Positions 60,980-64,000 of a stretch of DNA of 64,000 bases are shown piece by piece. The stretch is from Barthelona sp. PCE (taxonomy: Eukaryota), in NCBI GenBank assembly GCA_040285745.1, contig JAUFOR010000003.1:1116001-1180000 (forward strand), written 5' to 3'. Each line of letters opens with the position of its first letter. Position 1 is the stretch's first letter. A model generated the notes under the pieces. That model did no database searches, was not told where the DNA came from, and saw nothing but the letters and a program-made list of their open reading frames with translations. The translations under genes and the position numbers were made by a program.

Positions 60980-62557
60980 ATGCATAAATTGTTCTCACTC
61001 TTTTTATTAACCATACTGATTGGTGCTTTTTGCGTTAACGAGAATGTTTGGCCAGTACCTAAATATAGGGTGTTTGGAGACATCACCAGGCGCTTTGACC
61101 CCCATTTTAAGTTTGTTTTCCCCAAGGGCGATTGCGACGCTTTGAAGTACGCTATTCCTAAGTATTCAAAGATTTTTAAGACTGCAAGTCTCCCCGAAGT
61201 TGTTTCTAAGGAGGTTAGCCCCACCCCACTTACCCAGATAGCTATCAGTATTGATAGCTGCGATACCACAAAGCTTGATATTGATATTAACGAGGCATAC
61301 GCTTTGTATATCACTTCAAGTTCTCCCACCATTGCTATTACAGCAGAAACATATGTGGGTGCCCTGTATGCGCTTGAAACCCTTGCCCAACTCATCTATA
61401 TTGATGAAACAGGCCCCTTTATAAGGAGTGTCCCCATTCGCATAGAGGATCAACCTCGTTTGAAATGGCGTGGTATGATGCTTGACAGTGCCCGCCACTT
61501 CCTCACCGTCTCCAAGATCAAGGAGATGATGGAAATCATGGTTACTGCCCGTTTTAATGTTTTCCATTGGCATCTAACTGACGCACAAGCCATCCCCCTC
61601 GGCATTCACGCTATGAAGGACGTTGCACATGCTGCAGCATACTCCACCCGTGCAATCTACAGCAGAAGTGATATCGAAGAAATAGTTCAGTTTGGTCTCG
61701 TCCGTGGTATTAAGGTAATGCCTGAAATTGATGTACCGGGTCATTCTTATGCCTGGGGGCTTTACGACAAGGAGTTTGTCAGCCAGTGCCCGGATAGATA
61801 CGCAAAGAACATTAATAATTGGCCGATGAATCCCGCCAGTGATAAGTTAATGAATATGCTAACCCAAGTTTTTGCTGAGTTCAAGGAGATATTCCCCTTC
61901 TCACATGCTCATATAGGCTTCGATGAGCCATGCATGAGCTGTTGGACACAGTCAAAGACGAAATCAGTGCAAGATTTCATCAAGAAAACTGGGTTAGATG
62001 GTCGTGGAATTTACAACTATTTCCTCGACAAAATGAGCAGAATGGTTACTGACAGCGGCCTCACCCCTGTTGGTTGGGGCGAAATCTACCGTAAAACCGA
62101 TGGAAAGGCGCCAAAATCAATGATTGTTGAAGCTTGGGCTTTTAATGATTTCTTTAAGGAAGCTATCCAGAAGGGTTACAAGGTCCTCCTCGCTCACGGT
62201 TTCTACTTGGATCAGCAGGTTCCCTCCCCTAGTCGCACTACACACTACCTCTGGGGTGACACATTCTATGATTTCCTTGGTGTTGATCCCCTCAACGGTT
62301 TGTCGAAAGAGGAGCAGAAATCAGTGTTGGGCGGCGAGATCCCCATGTGGGGAGAACAGGTGAACAACCGCATGATTGTATCTCGTGTTTTCCCTCGGGC
62401 TTTCGGTGCTTCTGCAACTTTTTGGTCTGATGTGCAAGAATACGATGTTACTGCAACTAGATACGTTATTAACGATCTTTCCTGCCGCATGAACGGACGT
62501 GGTCATGACATGGGCCCAATGTATGCTGGTTATTGTATGTATGCAGATGTTGAATAA
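60980..62557 (+). CDS. Beta-N-acetylhexosaminidase (GH20)
   Basis: Signal peptide; VWPVP, WRGMMLDSARHF, NVFHWHLTD, PEIDVPGH, HIGFDE, LGGEIPMWGE, VFPR. Confidence 0.93.
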   Translation: MHKLFSLFLLTILIGAFCVNENVWPVPKYRVFGDITRRFDPHFKFVFPKGDCDALKYAIPKYSKIFKTASLPEVVSKEVSPTPLTQIAISIDSCDTTKLDIDINEAYALYITSSSPTIAITAETYVGALYALETLAQLIYIDETGPFIRSVPIRIEDQPRLKWRGMMLDSARHFLTVSKIKEMMEIMVTARFNVFHWHLTDAQAIPLGIHAMKDVAHAAAYSTRAIYSRSDIEEIVQFGLVRGIKVMPEIDVPGHSYAWGLYDKEFVSQCPDRYAKNINNWPMNPASDKLMNMLTQVFAEFKEIFPFSHAHIGFDEPCMSCWTQSKTKSVQDFIKKTGLDGRGIYNYFLDKMSRMVTDSGLTPVGWGEIYRKTDGKAPKSMIVEAWAFNDFFKEAIQKGYKVLLAHGFYLDQQVPSPSRTTHYLWGDTFYDFLGVDPLNGLSKEEQKSVLGGEIPMWGEQVNNRMIVSRVFPRAFGASATFWSDVQEYDVTATRYVINDLSCRMNGRGHDMGPMYAGYCMYADVE

Positions 62558-62580
62558 ATTTATTAAAATATTTTATTATA

Positions 62581-64000
62581 TTAAAATGAAAGTTTATCAG
62601 AAATTGAAGAGTATTTACGTAGATTATGTTTGATATTAGTTATTACAAAATTAATCTCGGTATAACACTCTGTCAACATCGTGAACAATGGTAATGCGAG
62701 AAAGTTAATAAATCCAATCTGTTGCTTACATACATCAGCCAATGATGCAGGTAAGGGTGGACTTAAATCGGGGGCAAATGATGGTGCTATAGTCACCATA
62801 TCTTGTACCTCTCTGTAGTAACGTTGCGCCCATCTTTTTGCCAAACTAAAAGATTTCGTTACATTGGAGATATCAACTGCTTTAATAAACAATTGTAAGA
62901 AAATAATGCGCTTTTCGGGAGGAATTTGTTCTAAAGTAAGACCTTCCAAAGCTGTAGCTGAATGTAGAATTTTTGAATGTAATGCCATATCCGTTGAAAT
63001 AATGAGCTGTTCGACGTTACTTATAATTCGATCAACAACACCACTGCCCAGATGACTTAACAACCCTGATGCAGTGATGGTATGTTTAGTTATTTTTAAA
63101 TGAAGCTTTTCCAAGGGTGATGCATCTGGAAAAGCCTTAGTGATATCATGGTCTATTTTTCGAAGACATGCTTCATTAAGACCAGGATGACCACAATCAT
63201 GGCATATTGTGGCAAGACCTACAGACAGTAATTCTTCAGGTTTAAAGCTATCTATGGTACTGTGAGCGATGAAGAAAACAGAAATATACAGGACATCCAA
63301 CACATGCGATCGATTGTGGTAAGCATTATGCTGAGACATAGTCTCGATAACATCAAAGAAGAACTGACGTAATCGCTGTTCTTTAAGATTAAACTGCTTA
63401 ATGACGCCAAGAAATTGGAATAGCACAAGGAAAAGATAATAAGAAGTGATTGGTCGTCGAGAAAAAGCACTGACATCAAATTTGTTGGTTAAAAATGGTC
63501 CAGAATCCATGCAGCTCTCTTGTAAAATTTGCAAATGCTCATATTCGAGAACATCCAAGTCATTAAGAATGTTCTTCATGATCGTAAATAACTGATTGTC
63601 ATCGTAACCAAACGTATCTAAATCAAAACAAGAGTTGGTCATTGACGTATAACTACTATCTGAATTAAGAGAAGAAGAAATTTCAAAATTATCAGTCTTT
63701 TCAATATTAAATTCAGCAAGTGAATCATCTACTATGTTAAAACCATCTACTGAAAACGTTCTATCAAAAGACTGAAAATGTGAATTTTTTAACAAATTTT
63801 CAGCTGATCCTGAAGTCAATGAGTTCCTGCTTGGGATTGAAATGACATCAATGTCTAATTCATCAAAACGACTTTTTAACAAATCTTCATCAAAACCACT
63901 CACTTTTAAATGTTCAGGAGTGTGAGTTCCTGATTCTATTCCGAATTCAACATTGTCAAAATACAAAAACTCAGCCACGTCAACCTCCCCATTTTCATCA
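62581..64000 (-). CDS. Class I cyclic nucleotide phosphodiesterase, 5'-truncated
   Basis: YHNRSHVLDV, CHDCGHPG, LEKLH, STDM, KAVDISN, QIGFI. The frame stays open past 63978 to the window edge. Confidence 0.9.
   Translation of the reverse strand, partial: DENGEVDVAEFLYFDNVEFGIESGTHTPEHLKVSGFDEDLLKSRFDELDIDVISIPSRNSLTSGSAENLLKNSHFQSFDRTFSVDGFNIVDDSLAEFNIEKTDNFEISSSLNSDSSYTSMTNSCFDLDTFGYDDNQLFTIMKNILNDLDVLEYEHLQILQESCMDSGPFLTNKFDVSAFSRRPITSYYLFLVLFQFLGVIKQFNLKEQRLRQFFFDVIETMSQHNAYHNRSHVLDVLYISVFFIAHSTIDSFKPEELLSVGLATICHDCGHPGLNEACLRKIDHDITKAFPDASPLEKLHLKITKHTITASGLLSHLGSGVVDRIISNVEQLIISTDMALHSKILHSATALEGLTLEQIPPEKRIIFLQLFIKAVDISNVTKSFSLAKRWAQRYYREVQDMVTIAPSFAPDLSPPLPASLADVCKQQIGFINFLALPLFTMLTECYTEINFVITNIKHNLRKYSSISDKLSF

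Noticed and set aside
1-64000. Alternative genetic code, CRISPR arrays, tRNA/rRNA genes, transposases
   Set aside because: TAA, TAG and TGA all end recognisable ORFs at plausible positions. No repeat-spacer array, cloverleaf, rRNA or mobile-element protein was recognised by eye.

Overview
Gene-dense, AT-rich eukaryotic DNA with no introns that I could detect and the standard genetic code. It most likely comes from a flagellated protist (axonemal DNAI7/CASC1, MAK/ICK kinase); the lineage cannot be fixed from sequence alone. About 37 protein genes are packed with spacers often under 100 bp. Housekeeping genes include RPC4, IMP4, ALG12, SEL1L/Hrd3, ARL8, DTD1, a KIF15-like kinesin, a cullin, G6PD and a PDE. 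Carbohydrate enzymes are GH130, GH13 and GH20. Several genes are bacterial-like (azoreductase, GNAT, NlpC/P60), and there are three tandem paralogue pairs. Top findings: (1) a beta-propeller/coiled-coil/kinase protein (3315-7445) whose C-terminus is a HECT-like domain lacking its catalytic Cys, fused to an RBR-type Rcat/RING2 finger that keeps one. This is a candidate hybrid kinase-E3 ligase, with a tandem paralogue at <1-2721 that the ORF track missed. (2) Two intergenic elements with extensive base-pairing potential (28481-28770 and about 3038-3213), candidate ncRNAs. (3) A P-loop-less kinesin-14-like domain. (4) A frameshift-split gene at 28772-30651. (5) A recurrent YACCYTT motif just upstream of start codons. 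All domain calls are by eye from motifs; no searches were run.
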